Shown: positions 21,335 through 31,520, counted from the first letter of the stretch. The stretch is DNA of 64,000 nucleotides from Bdellovibrionales bacterium (GCA_947462765.1 CANHQK010000004.1:11206-75205), one strand, 5' to 3'. Program-made: numbers and translations. Notes: generated by a model not told the origin, from the sequence alone.

Positions 21335-21751
21335 TCATTTCCTGTCGATCTGAATCGCGAACCGGGTCAGCCCGGCCCCCTTCAGGATATCCATCACTTT
21401 GACTACGTCACCGTGACGGGATTCTTCATCCGCGCTGATCACGGCTTGTGCATCAGGACTCTCTGCCAGGAGCCTTTTGATTTCTTCGCCGAGTGACTCC
21501 ATCGGAACCGGCTTTTCCATCAGGAGCACCGTTCCAGCCTTGTCGATGACGATCGACACGGATTTGGCAGCTGATTTTTCTCCCGAGCTGGCTTTGGGAA
21601 GATTCACATTCATCTGCTCCCGCACCAGCATCGGTGCGGTCACCATGAATATCACCAGAAGCACCAACACCACATCCACGAACGGCGTGACGTTGATTTC
21701 CGAAATGGCTGGCATTTCTTCCTGGCCGGAGCCTTGGATTCCTCCGGCCAT
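21335..21751 (-). CDS. ExbD/TolR-family biopolymer transport protein
   Basis: Single N-terminal TM (VTPFVDVVLVLLVIFMV) plus a periplasmic domain, 138 aa. Immediately 3' of the TolQ/ExbB gene. Confidence 0.88.
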   Translation of the reverse strand: MAGGIQGSGQEEMPAISEINVTPFVDVVLVLLVIFMVTAPMLVREQMNVNLPKASSGEKSAAKSVSIVIDKAGTVLLMEKPVPMESLGEEIKRLLAESPDAQAVISADEESRHGDVVKVMDILKGAGLTRFAIQIDRK

Positions 21752-22354
21752 TCAGCGTCCCGCCCTGGAGAGCAACCAGTCCCGAACCGCACCGGCCTCC
21801 AGTGTGGCGTTGCGGAGTTTTTGCGAATAGTGGTTGTAAGCAATGGCTGCGGGGACCGCGACAAAAATCCCGATCGCGGTCGTGACCAGGGCCTCGGCTA
21901 ACCCGAACATCACCGCGTTCATGGCCGACCCCTGCTGGGAAGAAAGAATTCCGAAACTCTGGATGATTCCCATCACAGTTCCGAGCAGACCGATGAAGGC
22001 CGAGTTCGCTGCGAAAGTGGCCAACAGACTGAGGCCTCGCTCAAGCATGAGTTTCCGCTCAGTAAGATAGGCCTGAACCGCCCGATCCACAGACTCACCC
22101 CCCGAACCGGCACCGAGCGCCACACGCACCACTCCGGCCAGGAATGAAGGATTCTTGTCTGCCCATTCTTTCAGGCTGGAACCGTTCGAACTCTCGATTC
22201 GCATCTTGAGTTCATCGAGCGTGGCACCCGCCAACTCAGCACGGAATACTTTTTTGCGGTCGAGCATGATTGCCACCGACCAGACCGACAAGACGAGCAG
22301 GATCAACATGATCGCCCGCGCTCCCCATCCCATCAACTGAATCCAGTTCGCCAT
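21752..22354 (-). CDS. MotA/TolQ/ExbB-family proton channel
   Basis: Three TM helices. Conserved C-terminal region [25 protein letters not shown]...[26 protein letters not shown]. Confidence 0.88.
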   Translation of the reverse strand: MANWIQLMGWGARAIMLILLVLSVWSVAIMLDRKKVFRAELAGATLDELKMRIESSNGSSLKEWADKNPSFLAGVVRVALGAGSGGESVDRAVQAYLTERKLMLERGLSLLATFAANSAFIGLLGTVMGIIQSFGILSSQQGSAMNAVMFGLAEALVTTAIGIFVAVPAAIAYNHYSQKLRNATLEAGAVRDWLLSRAGR

Positions 22355-22392
22355 ATAAAATCAGTCTAGATGATGGTACGGTGGTCGTACAT

Positions 22393-24399
22393 ATGGAAAA
22401 TGATTTTCAAAAAATTGACTGGCTGTGTATCAACACGATCAGAACGCTCTCGATCGACGCGATTCAAAAAGCGAACTCGGGTCATCCCGGTCTACCTCTT
22501 GGCGCGGCGCCCTTTTCCTATGTACTGTTCCAACGACATCTCAAGTTCAGTTCCGGCAACCCCGGATTCTTCGACCGTGATCGTTTTGTGCTCTCCGCCG
22601 GACACGGGAGCATGCTCGCTTACAGCTTGCTGCACCTTTACGGCTACCCGCTCCCACTCGATGACATCAAAAACTTCCGACAACTCGGTAGCCTGACCCC
22701 CGGCCATCCCGAATTTCACCACACTCCCGGCATTGAAGCCACGACGGGTCCCTTGGGACAAGGCGCGGCCAACGCAGTAGGCATGGCCATTGCCGAGCGA
22801 AGGCTCGCCGCCCTCTTGAACACTCCCGGCCACGAAATCGTCGACCACCACACTTACTGCCTGGTGGGAGATGGCGATCTGATGGAGGGCGTCTCGACCG
22901 AAGCCGCCTCCCTTGCCGGACACCTGAAGCTCGGCAAGCTCATTTACCTGTACGACTCGAACGACATCTCTCTGGATGGCCCCACCTCGTTGACTTTCAC
23001 TGAGAACGTTGCTCAGCGCTACGAGAGCTACGGGTGGCAAGTCATCACCGTGAAAAATGCGGATACTGATCTGACCGCAATCGACCGGGCCATCCGGGAT
23101 GCGAAGGCTGAAGCCACACGGCCCTCACTGATCATCTTCAAAACCACTATCGGATACGGATCTCCGAACAAGGCAGGCAAGAGTGCCGCGCACGGATCAC
23201 CCCTCGGGCCGGATGAAGTCGCTCTCACCAAAAAAACTCTCGGTTGGGAAAGCTCTGATCCCTTCACCTTGCCCGCCGAGGCCCTCCGACACTTTGAATC
23301 CGCCTCGAAACGTGGCGCATCGGCCGAACAACAGTGGAATCTCAAACTCCAGGCCTGGAAGGCATCCTGCCCAGACCGGGCGCCCCTCCTCGATCTCGTG
23401 CTTGATGGCGGACTTCCGGCCGGTTTCGACTCCTCCCTCCCTGTTTTCAAACCGGGCGAGGATTTCGCCTCCCGCGAATCCGCGGGCAAGGTCCTCAATG
23501 CAATCGCCAAGATCCATCCGCTGTTTTTCGGTGGAGATGCGGATCTCTCTTGTTCGACAAACACCCTCATCCGCGAGGGCGGGTCTTTTGAGGGGACGAC
23601 TGGGGCCGGGCGTAACATCCATTATGGCGTTCGCGAGCACGCGATGGGAGCCATTGCAAACGGGATCGCTTATCATGGGGGCCTCAGGACTTTTACCGCG
23701 ACCTTTTTCTGTTTCGCTGACTACATGAAGCCCGCCGTTCGGCTGGCTGCGATGAACCGCCTCCCTGTGGTGTTCGTCTTCACACACGACTCGATCGGAC
23801 TCGGTGAGGACGGCCCCACCCATCAACCGGTGGAACACCTGATGAGCCTGCGGGGCATTCCGAATCTGATCACGCTCCGACCGGCTGATGCGAACGAGGC
23901 CAAGGAAGCCTGGGCCTTTGCAATGAAAAATAAAAACGGCCCAACCGCACTGGTTCTCAGCCGTCAAAAACTCAAGACCCTCGATCGAGCCGTTTATGCA
24001 TCCGAGACCGGCCTTGATCGCGGCGGTTACGTACTTTCGGACGCTCCCGGTTTTGACTGGATCCTGGTAGCCACCGGCTCGGAGGTCGGCCTGGCACTCG
24101 ACACGCGGGATGAATTGAAAAAGCGTGGCATTACAGCAAGGGTGGTGTCGATGCCCTCCATGGAGCTCTTTCTGAAGCAGGATCGCGCCTATCGCGATCA
24201 AGTGATTCCCCACAACTGCACCAAAGTCGCATCGATCGAGGCAGGAATCACACTCGGCTGGGCCCAGATTACCGGGCGGGATGGGTTACAGTTCGGGGTC
24301 GATGATTATGGCGCCTCCGCTCCGGCTCCGAAGATCTACGAAAAGTTCGGTCTGACCGCCACGCTGATCGCGAACAGGATAGCGGAACACCGGGCGTGA
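22393..24399 (+). CDS. tkt: Transketolase
   Basis: N-terminal TPP-binding region [24 protein letters not shown]. Ca/TPP motif GDGDLMEG, conserved HQPVEHL and RP(A)D. Start at ATG 22393 (MENDFQKID) chosen by alignment logic to the TktA N-terminus. Confidence 0.93.
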   Translation: MENDFQKIDWLCINTIRTLSIDAIQKANSGHPGLPLGAAPFSYVLFQRHLKFSSGNPGFFDRDRFVLSAGHGSMLAYSLLHLYGYPLPLDDIKNFRQLGSLTPGHPEFHHTPGIEATTGPLGQGAANAVGMAIAERRLAALLNTPGHEIVDHHTYCLVGDGDLMEGVSTEAASLAGHLKLGKLIYLYDSNDISLDGPTSLTFTENVAQRYESYGWQVITVKNADTDLTAIDRAIRDAKAEATRPSLIIFKTTIGYGSPNKAGKSAAHGSPLGPDEVALTKKTLGWESSDPFTLPAEALRHFESASKRGASAEQQWNLKLQAWKASCPDRAPLLDLVLDGGLPAGFDSSLPVFKPGEDFASRESAGKVLNAIAKIHPLFFGGDADLSCSTNTLIREGGSFEGTTGAGRNIHYGVREHAMGAIANGIAYHGGLRTFTATFFCFADYMKPAVRLAAMNRLPVVFVFTHDSIGLGEDGPTHQPVEHLMSLRGIPNLITLRPADANEAKEAWAFAMKNKNGPTALVLSRQKLKTLDRAVYASETGLDRGGYVLSDAPGFDWILVATGSEVGLALDTRDELKKRGITARVVSMPSMELFLKQDRAYRDQVIPHNCTKVASIEAGITLGWAQITGRDGLQFGVDDYGASAPAPKIYEKFGLTATLIANRIAEHRA

Positions 24400-25244
24400 A
24401 GCCGGAGTTGCTCGAGACCTCCCGCGCCGCACTGGTTGACGAGCTGGTCACCCGCTCATTCGGCTATCCCGCGGGCAAGCGCTTTTTCGAGGACTTTCCG
24501 ATTTGGGCCTCTTCCTCGGTCTCCCGTCTGGCCTTGCTCGATGGCGGCAAACTGATCAGCCATGTCGGGATCCGGACTTGCGAGATGATCACAGCAAGAG
24601 GGACTGAGCCGGTCGCGATCATCGGAGCGGTGGCAACGGATGAACCATACCGTGGCCGGGGATTCAGCACTTTCCTGCTCCAAGAGGCTCTACGACGGAT
24701 CGATGCAAGCGGGTGCACCTGGACCCTCCTCTGGGGTTCGGAACATGAATTTTACGGCAGGCAGGGGTTTCACCTCGAGGGAACACAATGGCGATTCCTG
24801 ATCTCGGATCTTTCCATTCCTGTGAGCGGACTCCAATCCACCCCGCCCACCGAGGGCCTTCATGAGCGAATCTGGTCCGATTTGCTTTCAAGAAAATCGG
24901 GAATCCGATTCCGTTCCAGCGATCGCGACTGGGTCTTTTCACACCGGTCAGTGCGGTGGCTGTCATTCGCTGAACCATTCTCCTATGTGGCTTACGAAAG
25001 GGGCATGGATCTGAAGCACATCGTCCATGAATCCGGCGGGGACCCTGTCGGGATCCAGAAGCTTCTTTACTACCTTTATCTTGAATGCCCGATCGCACAG
25101 ATCATCGGAACCGAGTCCGAACTCTCGCGAATTGGATTCAAAATAAATGACGGGTACCGGGAGCACCTCTGCCTTGCGCGCCCCCGGGTGAAGGGAACCC
25201 CCTGGAATCCTGAATTCTGGGTCTCAGGGCTTTCCGCTGGTTGA
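24396..25244 (+). CDS. GNAT-family N-acetyltransferase
   Basis: Acetyl-CoA binding motif [27 protein letters not shown] (R-x-x-G-x-G/A). GTG start overlaps the tkt stop. Confidence 0.7.
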   Translation: MKPELLETSRAALVDELVTRSFGYPAGKRFFEDFPIWASSSVSRLALLDGGKLISHVGIRTCEMITARGTEPVAIIGAVATDEPYRGRGFSTFLLQEALRRIDASGCTWTLLWGSEHEFYGRQGFHLEGTQWRFLISDLSIPVSGLQSTPPTEGLHERIWSDLLSRKSGIRFRSSDRDWVFSHRSVRWLSFAEPFSYVAYERGMDLKHIVHESGGDPVGIQKLLYYLYLECPIAQIIGTESELSRIGFKINDGYREHLCLARPRVKGTPWNPEFWVSGLSAG

Positions 25245-26894
25245 GCGGAAAATAAAGAAGACCCCCACAGCCAGGAAGGCGAGCCCCATGACGGGGTAGT
25301 CCTCCCACTGATAGGCCTTTTCGGACTGGAAGAGCATCGCTCCGGTGATCAACAGACCTGAGCCCGCCAGGGCTCGCGCCAGGCGCCGCGATCCGCGATC
25401 CACCTGCTGGGAGAGCTTCAAAACCTCGGGAGATCGGATCTCCAATGCATAATCGTTCTTCGCAAATCGCCTGATTGCCCATCGCAGATTGCGCGGCAAA
25501 ACCTCTAAAAGCGAGATCAGATCCTTGGAGATCTTCCAAGCCTCGCCTTTCAACCGTGTTGGAGAAAGCTGGATCTTGACCAGATCAACGATGAGCGACT
25601 CCCCCATTGCAATGAGGTCGAATTTCGGATCGAGCAAGCGCCCCATCCCCTCCATGGTGAGAATGGCCCTGAATACGAGCATCCAATCACCCGGAACCCG
25701 GATATTGTACTTAGCGGCGACCTTGGTCGCTTCGATCAACACCCTCCCGGAGTTCACATCATTCAGACTGAGTCCAAGGTAAGGCGAGAGCACATTGCGG
25801 ACCTCTCTCTGGAAGGCATCAAACTCGATCGAAGTGTCGGCGGACCCGAGCTCAGCATAGGTGTAACAAAGCGTCTCGTAGTCTTCCTGAATCAAAGCCC
25901 AGATCATGGTGACCAGCTGATCCCTGGACTTCTGGGAAAGTCTTCCGACAATTCCGAAATCAATCACTCCGAGACGGTCCCCCGGCAGGATGAATAGGTT
26001 ACCCCCGTGTAAATCTCCGTGGAAGAGTCCGTATTTCAATACGGAGACCAGGAAGGCGCGGGCACCCAAGGTGGCGATTTTTGAGCGATCGATCGGAGCG
26101 CCGAGAACCGCCTCACGGTCATTCAGCCGGATTCCCTCGAATCGCTCGAGAACCAACACCTCATGAGTAGAGAGCTCATGGTAAACCTTCGGAAAAATCA
26201 GATCAGGAAACTCGGTCGAGTTCTTGGCAATTTTTTCGATGTTGTTCGCCTCGATCTTGAAATCGAGCTCGTATTGTAGGGACTTGAAGAACTCCTCCAC
26301 GAACACCCGTGGATTCAACACACTCAGCTCGGGAAAGTATTTCTCGAACATCTCCGCAAGAAGGGTCAGCAGCGAGATGTCGGTTTCGATCGATTTCCGG
26401 ATATCAGGACGAAGAACCTTGATGACGACCTTTTCCCCGGTCGCCAATACCGCCTCATGCACCTGCCCGATACTGGCAGAACCGAGGGGTTGTTGGCCGA
26501 TCTCCTGAAACCGTGACTGGACCTTGAATCCGAGCTCGCGATTCAGAACTTCTTGAATGGTGCTGAAAGGCAAAGGCGAAACCTGGTCCTGCAACTTGAC
26601 CAGCTCCTCGACCACCGCCTCGGGTACCAGGTCGGGGCGCATCGACAGGACCTGACCGAGCTTCACGAAGGTGGGCCCCAGCTCCTGGAAGGCCAATCGC
26701 ATCCGCTCTCCGAGATTTTTCGTTTCCTCGGCATCCACCCACTTGGCCAAACCACTCGGAAGCATGCTCCCAAGCCCCAAACGCTGGATGACATCCCCGA
26801 AGCCGTGCTTCGATAGCACAGCCACGATCTGGCGGAGCCTTCCGGCGCCCTTCATAGCGCGGGAGAACTGGATGCTGCGTCTGACCAATCCCAT
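25224..26894 (-). CDS. ubiB: UbiB/ABC1-family atypical kinase (ubiquinone biosynthesis)
   Basis: ABC1 domain signatures FQELGPTFVKLGQVLSMRPDLVP, PLGSASIGQVHEAVL and HGDLHGGN. Two C-terminal TM helices. 556 aa. Confidence 0.88.
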   Translation of the reverse strand: MGLVRRSIQFSRAMKGAGRLRQIVAVLSKHGFGDVIQRLGLGSMLPSGLAKWVDAEETKNLGERMRLAFQELGPTFVKLGQVLSMRPDLVPEAVVEELVKLQDQVSPLPFSTIQEVLNRELGFKVQSRFQEIGQQPLGSASIGQVHEAVLATGEKVVIKVLRPDIRKSIETDISLLTLLAEMFEKYFPELSVLNPRVFVEEFFKSLQYELDFKIEANNIEKIAKNSTEFPDLIFPKVYHELSTHEVLVLERFEGIRLNDREAVLGAPIDRSKIATLGARAFLVSVLKYGLFHGDLHGGNLFILPGDRLGVIDFGIVGRLSQKSRDQLVTMIWALIQEDYETLCYTYAELGSADTSIEFDAFQREVRNVLSPYLGLSLNDVNSGRVLIEATKVAAKYNIRVPGDWMLVFRAILTMEGMGRLLDPKFDLIAMGESLIVDLVKIQLSPTRLKGEAWKISKDLISLLEVLPRNLRWAIRRFAKNDYALEIRSPEVLKLSQQVDRGSRRLARALAGSGLLITGAMLFQSEKAYQWEDYPVMGLAFLAVGVFFIFRSTSGKP

Positions 26895-26903
26895 GGTGAG
26901 AGC

Positions 26904-29276
26904 TTAACCCTTCCGAGGGGGCTTTGTCGAATCCTCGGGCCCGTCCAGAAGAGCGAACTCCACTCTCCGCTGGTCCAAGTCGACCGAAACCACCCGGATC
27001 ATCACTTTCATCCCGATGGTGAAGGTCCGCTTTTTCTTGCGGCCCGCCAGAATCATCCGCTCTTCGTTGAATTCGTACCAATCGTCTTTCATGCTGTCGA
27101 CCGGAACCATCCCCTCGCAGTAGGGGTGCCAGAGCTGGATGAACATGCCCTTGTCGGTCAATCCGTTCACCTTGCCCTCGAACTCTCCGCCGAGATTCTT
27201 TGCCATCATTCTCAGCTGCTTGAAACGAATCGATTCCCGCTCGGCATCGCTGGCAATCCGCTCCCGATAACTGCAGTGTTCGGCCATCTCCTCAAGGCGG
27301 TTCTGGGAGGCTTCAGCATCTTTACCTGTAGGATGACGTTGCTTCTGGTTTTCCCGGTGGAGGGTTGCCCGGAGCAGGCGATGAACAATCAAATCGGGAT
27401 ATCGACGGATCGGTGAGGTGAAGTGGGTGTAACCCTCGGAGGCCAATCCGTAATGCTCCCCATGGGACGCACTGTAAATGGCTTGGCGCATAGAACGCAA
27501 AAGCGCAGTTGCCAGAACCGGCTCTGCCGGGTGCTCGCGGAGGCCCCGGATGAAGGCTGCCAGGATGGGGGGTCTGGGGATCCCCTGATCCCGACCGCTC
27601 AAAGCGACTCCCATGTTCCGCGAAAGCTTTCTGAACTTTTCGATCGCCTCCATCGAGGGTTCTTCGTGAATCCGGTAAACAAAGGGGAGCTTCCGCTCCA
27701 TCATCCACTCCGTCACGGACTCGTTGGCCGCAATCATGAACTCCTCGATCAGGCGATGGGCGTCATTTCTCTCCCTGACCACGATATCACTCGGCTCTCC
27801 GGACTTCTCGTCGAGAATGATCTCGCTTTCCGGGAAGTCAAAATCAATCGAGCCCCGTTCATGCCGGGCCTTCTTCAGAATCCGGTACAGTTCGAACAGA
27901 TCTTTGTGCCGGGGGTCTTCTTTTTCGGCTTCAATCTCGGTGTAGGTCGACCTCCGCCTCGATTCGATGATGGCATCATAGAGCCGGATCTCGCCCTTCT
28001 CTCCCTCGCGCGTGTAGTCAATGGAACAAGCCATCGACAGGCGGGGAACGTGGGGCTTCAAGGAACAAAGCTCCTCCGACAAGGCCCGCGGAAGCATATG
28101 AAAGGCCCGCTCGGGGAAATACACCGAAGTCGCACGGGCATAGGCCTCGGCGTCGAGAGCGGTTCCCTCTTTCACATAATGGGAAACATCGGCAATCGCC
28201 ACCCATAGCCGGTAGCCATGGTGCTCGAGGCGCTCGACATAAACAGCGTCATCGAAATCCCGGGCCCGCTCTCCGTCAATGGTGAAGAAGGGAATGTGCC
28301 GGAGATCCGTCCGACCGATCTCGTCTTTCCCAGGAATCTCGAGCCGGAAACTCTCCGCTTCCTTGACCGCATCGAAGGTGTGGTGTTCCTTAAGATTGAA
28401 CTCCCCGGCCACCATCTGAATATCGTAACTTGCCGGAAGCGTGGGACCGATCCGCTCGAGAATCTTGGCAGTCGTCATGCCATTGTCCCCGAACACCATC
28501 TCAGCGCGGACCCAGTCGCCCTCTTGAACCTCGACCGGCACGGAGGGGAGGTAAACCTCCTCTTTTGCCTTCTTCCGCTCATAAACCAAGTGTCCGGTAC
28601 GGGCTTTCTGCTTGGTTTTCTTGAACTCTTTCCCGAATACGTGACCGTCTCCGAGGGCGACCTTTCCAAAAATCTCCTTGAACCGGTGCTCCAGTACTTT
28701 CAGGTCCTCGATCTCACCCTGCTCACTGACATACACCTCCACCCGATCCCCGTGAAAAAGCTGGTCAACATAGTACCGGGGAATGAACAGATCCTCGAGG
28801 TCGGCACGGTCAAAGACCAGGAAAGCCGATCCACGCTTGTTCTTATCCACGACTCCTTTGAGCCGCATCCAGGAGGGATCCGGCTCGGGACGGGACGGAC
28901 CACGCCCCTTTTTCTTCAATTCGTTACGTTCTTTACGACCCCACTCGCGATGGGGCCCACGACCGGGCTTACCTCCTGGTCTACCTCCTGGTCTACCTCC
29001 TGGCCTATCCCCCGACTTTCCTCCGAAGCGACCCTCGGGACGCTTGCCGGAGCGCTCGGTGAATTTACCTTCGGACCTACCCGCCGGTTTACCGCCCCAG
29101 GGCGACTCCTTCCTGGGTTCGATCCGGGTTCTTTGATCTCTCGGCTTCGAGTCTGCGGCTTTCTGGTCTCCGCCCTTCTTCACCGCTTTTTTGTCGTCTT
29201 TTTTGTCGGTCTTTTTATCGTCACGCTTGCCGACAACATGAGCCTTCCCGGAGCGGTCGTAGAAAACTTTTGACAT
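26904..29276 (-). CDS. rnr: Ribonuclease R with an N-terminal lysine/arginine-rich extension
   Basis: RNB catalytic motifs (DFDDAVYVERLE, ...SPIRRYPDLIVHR) and a C-terminal S1 domain. A ~130-aa basic, low-complexity N-terminus (KKTDKKDDKKAVKK...GRPGGRPGGRPGGKPG) is unusual. Confidence 0.9.
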   Translation of the reverse strand: MSKVFYDRSGKAHVVGKRDDKKTDKKDDKKAVKKGGDQKAADSKPRDQRTRIEPRKESPWGGKPAGRSEGKFTERSGKRPEGRFGGKSGDRPGGRPGGRPGGKPGRGPHREWGRKERNELKKKGRGPSRPEPDPSWMRLKGVVDKNKRGSAFLVFDRADLEDLFIPRYYVDQLFHGDRVEVYVSEQGEIEDLKVLEHRFKEIFGKVALGDGHVFGKEFKKTKQKARTGHLVYERKKAKEEVYLPSVPVEVQEGDWVRAEMVFGDNGMTTAKILERIGPTLPASYDIQMVAGEFNLKEHHTFDAVKEAESFRLEIPGKDEIGRTDLRHIPFFTIDGERARDFDDAVYVERLEHHGYRLWVAIADVSHYVKEGTALDAEAYARATSVYFPERAFHMLPRALSEELCSLKPHVPRLSMACSIDYTREGEKGEIRLYDAIIESRRRSTYTEIEAEKEDPRHKDLFELYRILKKARHERGSIDFDFPESEIILDEKSGEPSDIVVRERNDAHRLIEEFMIAANESVTEWMMERKLPFVYRIHEEPSMEAIEKFRKLSRNMGVALSGRDQGIPRPPILAAFIRGLREHPAEPVLATALLRSMRQAIYSASHGEHYGLASEGYTHFTSPIRRYPDLIVHRLLRATLHRENQKQRHPTGKDAEASQNRLEEMAEHCSYRERIASDAERESIRFKQLRMMAKNLGGEFEGKVNGLTDKGMFIQLWHPYCEGMVPVDSMKDDWYEFNEERMILAGRKKKRTFTIGMKVMIRVVSVDLDQRRVEFALLDGPEDSTKPPRKG
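28961..29010. repeat. Short in-frame tandem repeat (12-nt unit, ~3.5 copies) inside rnr
   Basis: Plus strand ACCTCCTGGTCT ACCTCCTGGTCT ACCTCCTGGCCT, encoding GRPGG RPGG RPGG on the minus strand. Confidence 0.8.
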
Positions 29277-29336
29277 GCACCCATCTTAGCCATCTTTTCA
29301 TCATGAAGCGAAGGTTTTCATGGTAGAAGGCTCCCC

Positions 29337-30299
29337 ATGTGGTCACTGGCCAGAGCGCTCCTTTTTTTGATTCCTGCAGAAGAAGCTCACGGAGTGGGCA
29401 AGGTGCTGATGCGCATGCTCGCCAGGTTCATTCCCGCCCCTCGAAAGATCCAAAACAACCCGATCGGGGTGGCGGCCGGGTTCGATAAGAACGCAGAGCT
29501 GCTCGATGTACTCCCCAAGTTCGGGTTCGGTCATGCAGAGATCGGAACCGTAACCCCGAAACCCCAGGGCGGAAATCCCCGCCCCCGCCTCTTTCGAAAC
29601 AAAGAGGACCGGACACTGTTCAACCGCATGGGTTTCAACAATCTCGGAGCAGGCATCATCTCGGATCGCGTCCGGAAAATCCGACCAAGACTCCCCGAGG
29701 GCTTCAAGGTCGGAATCAATCTCGGTAAAAACAAAGACACTCCGGATGCACTCGCCGCTGAGGACTACGCAAAAGCGGCCCACCCCTTTCTCGACACGGC
29801 CGACTACTTCGTCATCAACGTCAGCTCACCGAATACGCCGGGACTCCGGGCCCTTCAAACCCCCGAAGCCCTGCTTCCCATCCTGAACCGGGTCCGCTCA
29901 GAGATCCAAACCTCAGGAAGAACCATCCCACTTTGGGTCAAACTGGCACCCGAACTGACCGGTCCCGACCTTCGCCAACTGATCGAAACCCTCGACCGGG
30001 GAGGCGCATCCGGCTTTATCCTCACCAATACCCAGGGCGGCGTCTATATAGATGAGGGCCAGGAGCTGACCGGTGGGTGGAGTGGGCAAAATCTGACCAG
30101 CCTTTCCCGGCAACGGCTGGAAGAAGTGCGCACCTACACTTCACTTCCCCTGATTTCGGTCGGTGGGATCATGACACCCGAAGAAGCGGTCCGACGCCTC
30201 CGGGCGGGGGCTTCTGAGATCCAGCTCTATACCGGATTCGTCTATGGCGGGCCCTTTTTGATCCGGAACATCCTGAAAGCGGTCCGCAAACCGCACTGA
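29337..30299 (+). CDS. pyrD: Dihydroorotate dehydrogenase (quinone), class 2
   Basis: N-terminal membrane-association helix, then NPIGVAAGFDKNAE, GFGHAEIGTVTPKPQGGNPRPRLFR and NRMGFNN. Typical class-2 PyrD. Confidence 0.9.
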   Translation: MWSLARALLFLIPAEEAHGVGKVLMRMLARFIPAPRKIQNNPIGVAAGFDKNAELLDVLPKFGFGHAEIGTVTPKPQGGNPRPRLFRNKEDRTLFNRMGFNNLGAGIISDRVRKIRPRLPEGFKVGINLGKNKDTPDALAAEDYAKAAHPFLDTADYFVINVSSPNTPGLRALQTPEALLPILNRVRSEIQTSGRTIPLWVKLAPELTGPDLRQLIETLDRGGASGFILTNTQGGVYIDEGQELTGGWSGQNLTSLSRQRLEEVRTYTSLPLISVGGIMTPEEAVRRLRAGASEIQLYTGFVYGGPFLIRNILKAVRKPH

Positions 30300-30310
30300 G
30301 CGACAAAAAA

Positions 30311-30356
30311 AGGCAAAAAAAAACCCCGGACTCGCGTCCGGGGCTCTTTTGCTTTT
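30311..30356. terminator. Bidirectional rho-independent terminator
   Basis: A9 tract, then stem CCCCGGAC / GTCCGGGG with loop TCGC, then CTCTTTTGCTTTT. This gives a U-tract in both orientations. It terminates pyrD (+) and the mini-ORF (-). Confidence 0.8.
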
Positions 30357-30369
30357 CGCTTAGAAAAAG

Positions 30370-30441
30370 TTATTTCTTAGCTTTTTTCTTAGCAACTTTT
30401 TTCTTAGCAGTCTTCTTTTTCGCTACTTTTTTCTTAGCCAT
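30370..30441 (-). CDS. Mini-ORF encoding a 23-aa lysine-repeat peptide MAKKKVAKKKTAKKKVAKKKAKK
   Basis: Minus-strand ATG at 30441 with a textbook SD (GGAGGA, 8 nt spacer) and a TAA stop 11 nt before the bidirectional terminator. Below the 60-aa ORF-track cutoff. (A/V)KKK x5 periodicity. Confidence 0.5.
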   Translation of the reverse strand: MAKKKVAKKKTAKKKVAKKKAKK

Positions 30442-30466
30442 TTTAGTTTTCCTCCATTGTGAATTT

Positions 30467-30480
30467 ATTGCCTAGGCAAT
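30467..30480. promoter_or_regulatory. Perfect 14-bp palindrome ATTGCCTAGGCAAT upstream of the mini-ORF
   Basis: The sequence is its own reverse complement. It lies 26-39 nt upstream of the mini-ORF start codon, where an operator or promoter element would sit. Confidence 0.45.
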
Positions 30481-30674
30481 TACTTCTTAAATCCGATGTT
30501 ACAACGCTTCCTGATTACTTCAAGCGGATAATGAAATTTTTTTTGAAATTTTTTCTTAAGTCATGAGCGACACACTCCGAAGTGTGTAGTGAGCGCCTTA
30601 ATCGGGTCACGGATTGACCCTCAAACTCGGGTGCTCTGATGTGAAAAGTGAGTTTGACCTTCATGGAGGAAGGT

Positions 30675-31520
30675 ATGGGATTACGAATCAACACGAACGT
30701 GCCCTCTCTGGTTGCTCAACGCAACCTCCGCGGTAATCGGCAATTGCTCGACCGTACTCTTGAACGCCTGAGTTCAGGTTCGAGAATCAATCATGCCGGT
30801 GACGATGCTGCGGGACTCGCCATTTCAGAAACCCTCCGGGCGCAGATCCGCGGAATCTCCCAAGCGGAACGGAATGCCCAAGACGGCATCTCGCTCGTCC
30901 AAGTGGCCGAAGGCGGCCTGGTCGAGGTTTCGAACATCCTGATTCGGATGCGAGAGCTCGGCGTCCAAGCCTCTTCAGACACCGTCGGAACCCGCGAACG
31001 CGGCTTCCTCAACAATGAATTCCAGCAACTTTCCGAGGAAATCGACCGGATTGCAAACTCGATCGAGTTCAACGGCAACCCCCTCCTGAACGGGAACGGG
31101 AGCGCTTTCGAAGTCCAGATCGGGACCAAGAACAATCCACTCGTCGACCGGATCAAGCTCTTCGATCCGTACGCTTCGAACGTGAACCTGGTCTCCCTCG
31201 GGATCAACCTGTCCTCGGTCGCCGACAAAACGAGCGCCCAGAACAGTCTGGCCAGCATCGATCAGGCCCTGAACACCGTGACTTCGATCCGGGCGGGCTT
31301 CGGTTCCATGCAGAACCGACTCCAGTCGGTGATCAACAATTTAACTGTGAACAAAGAGAACATGATGGCGGCCAACAGCCGGATCCGGGATGCGGACCTC
31401 GCGGAGGAAACCTCCGAGATGACCAAAGCCCAGATCCTGAACCAAGCCGGCGTATCAGTCCTCGCCCAAGCCAACTCTTCCATCAAGAGTGCCCTCGGGC
31501 TCCTGGGAGGACAGGCATAG
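30675..31520 (+). CDS. fliC: Flagellin (short-form, ~281 aa), paralogue 1
   Basis: MGLRINTNVPSLVAQRNL...LSSGSRINHAGDDAAGLAISE (conserved D0/D1 N-terminus) and the C-terminal LAEETSEMTKAQILNQAGVSVLAQANS...LLG. SD GGAGGAAGG before ATG 30675. Confidence 0.95.
   Translation: MGLRINTNVPSLVAQRNLRGNRQLLDRTLERLSSGSRINHAGDDAAGLAISETLRAQIRGISQAERNAQDGISLVQVAEGGLVEVSNILIRMRELGVQASSDTVGTRERGFLNNEFQQLSEEIDRIANSIEFNGNPLLNGNGSAFEVQIGTKNNPLVDRIKLFDPYASNVNLVSLGINLSSVADKTSAQNSLASIDQALNTVTSIRAGFGSMQNRLQSVINNLTVNKENMMAANSRIRDADLAEETSEMTKAQILNQAGVSVLAQANSSIKSALGLLGGQA

Noticed and set aside
23197-24213. 338-aa minus-strand ORF antisense to transketolase, plus 23028-23618 and 23183-23728
   Set aside because: These are shadow ORFs of a high-GC gene. 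Arg/Gly/Pro-rich translations are typical of non-coding frames, and tkt motifs are clearly on the plus strand.
28218-29273. 351-aa plus-strand ORF antisense to rnr, and 27423-28208
   Set aside because: These are shadow ORFs opposite a well-supported RNase R gene.
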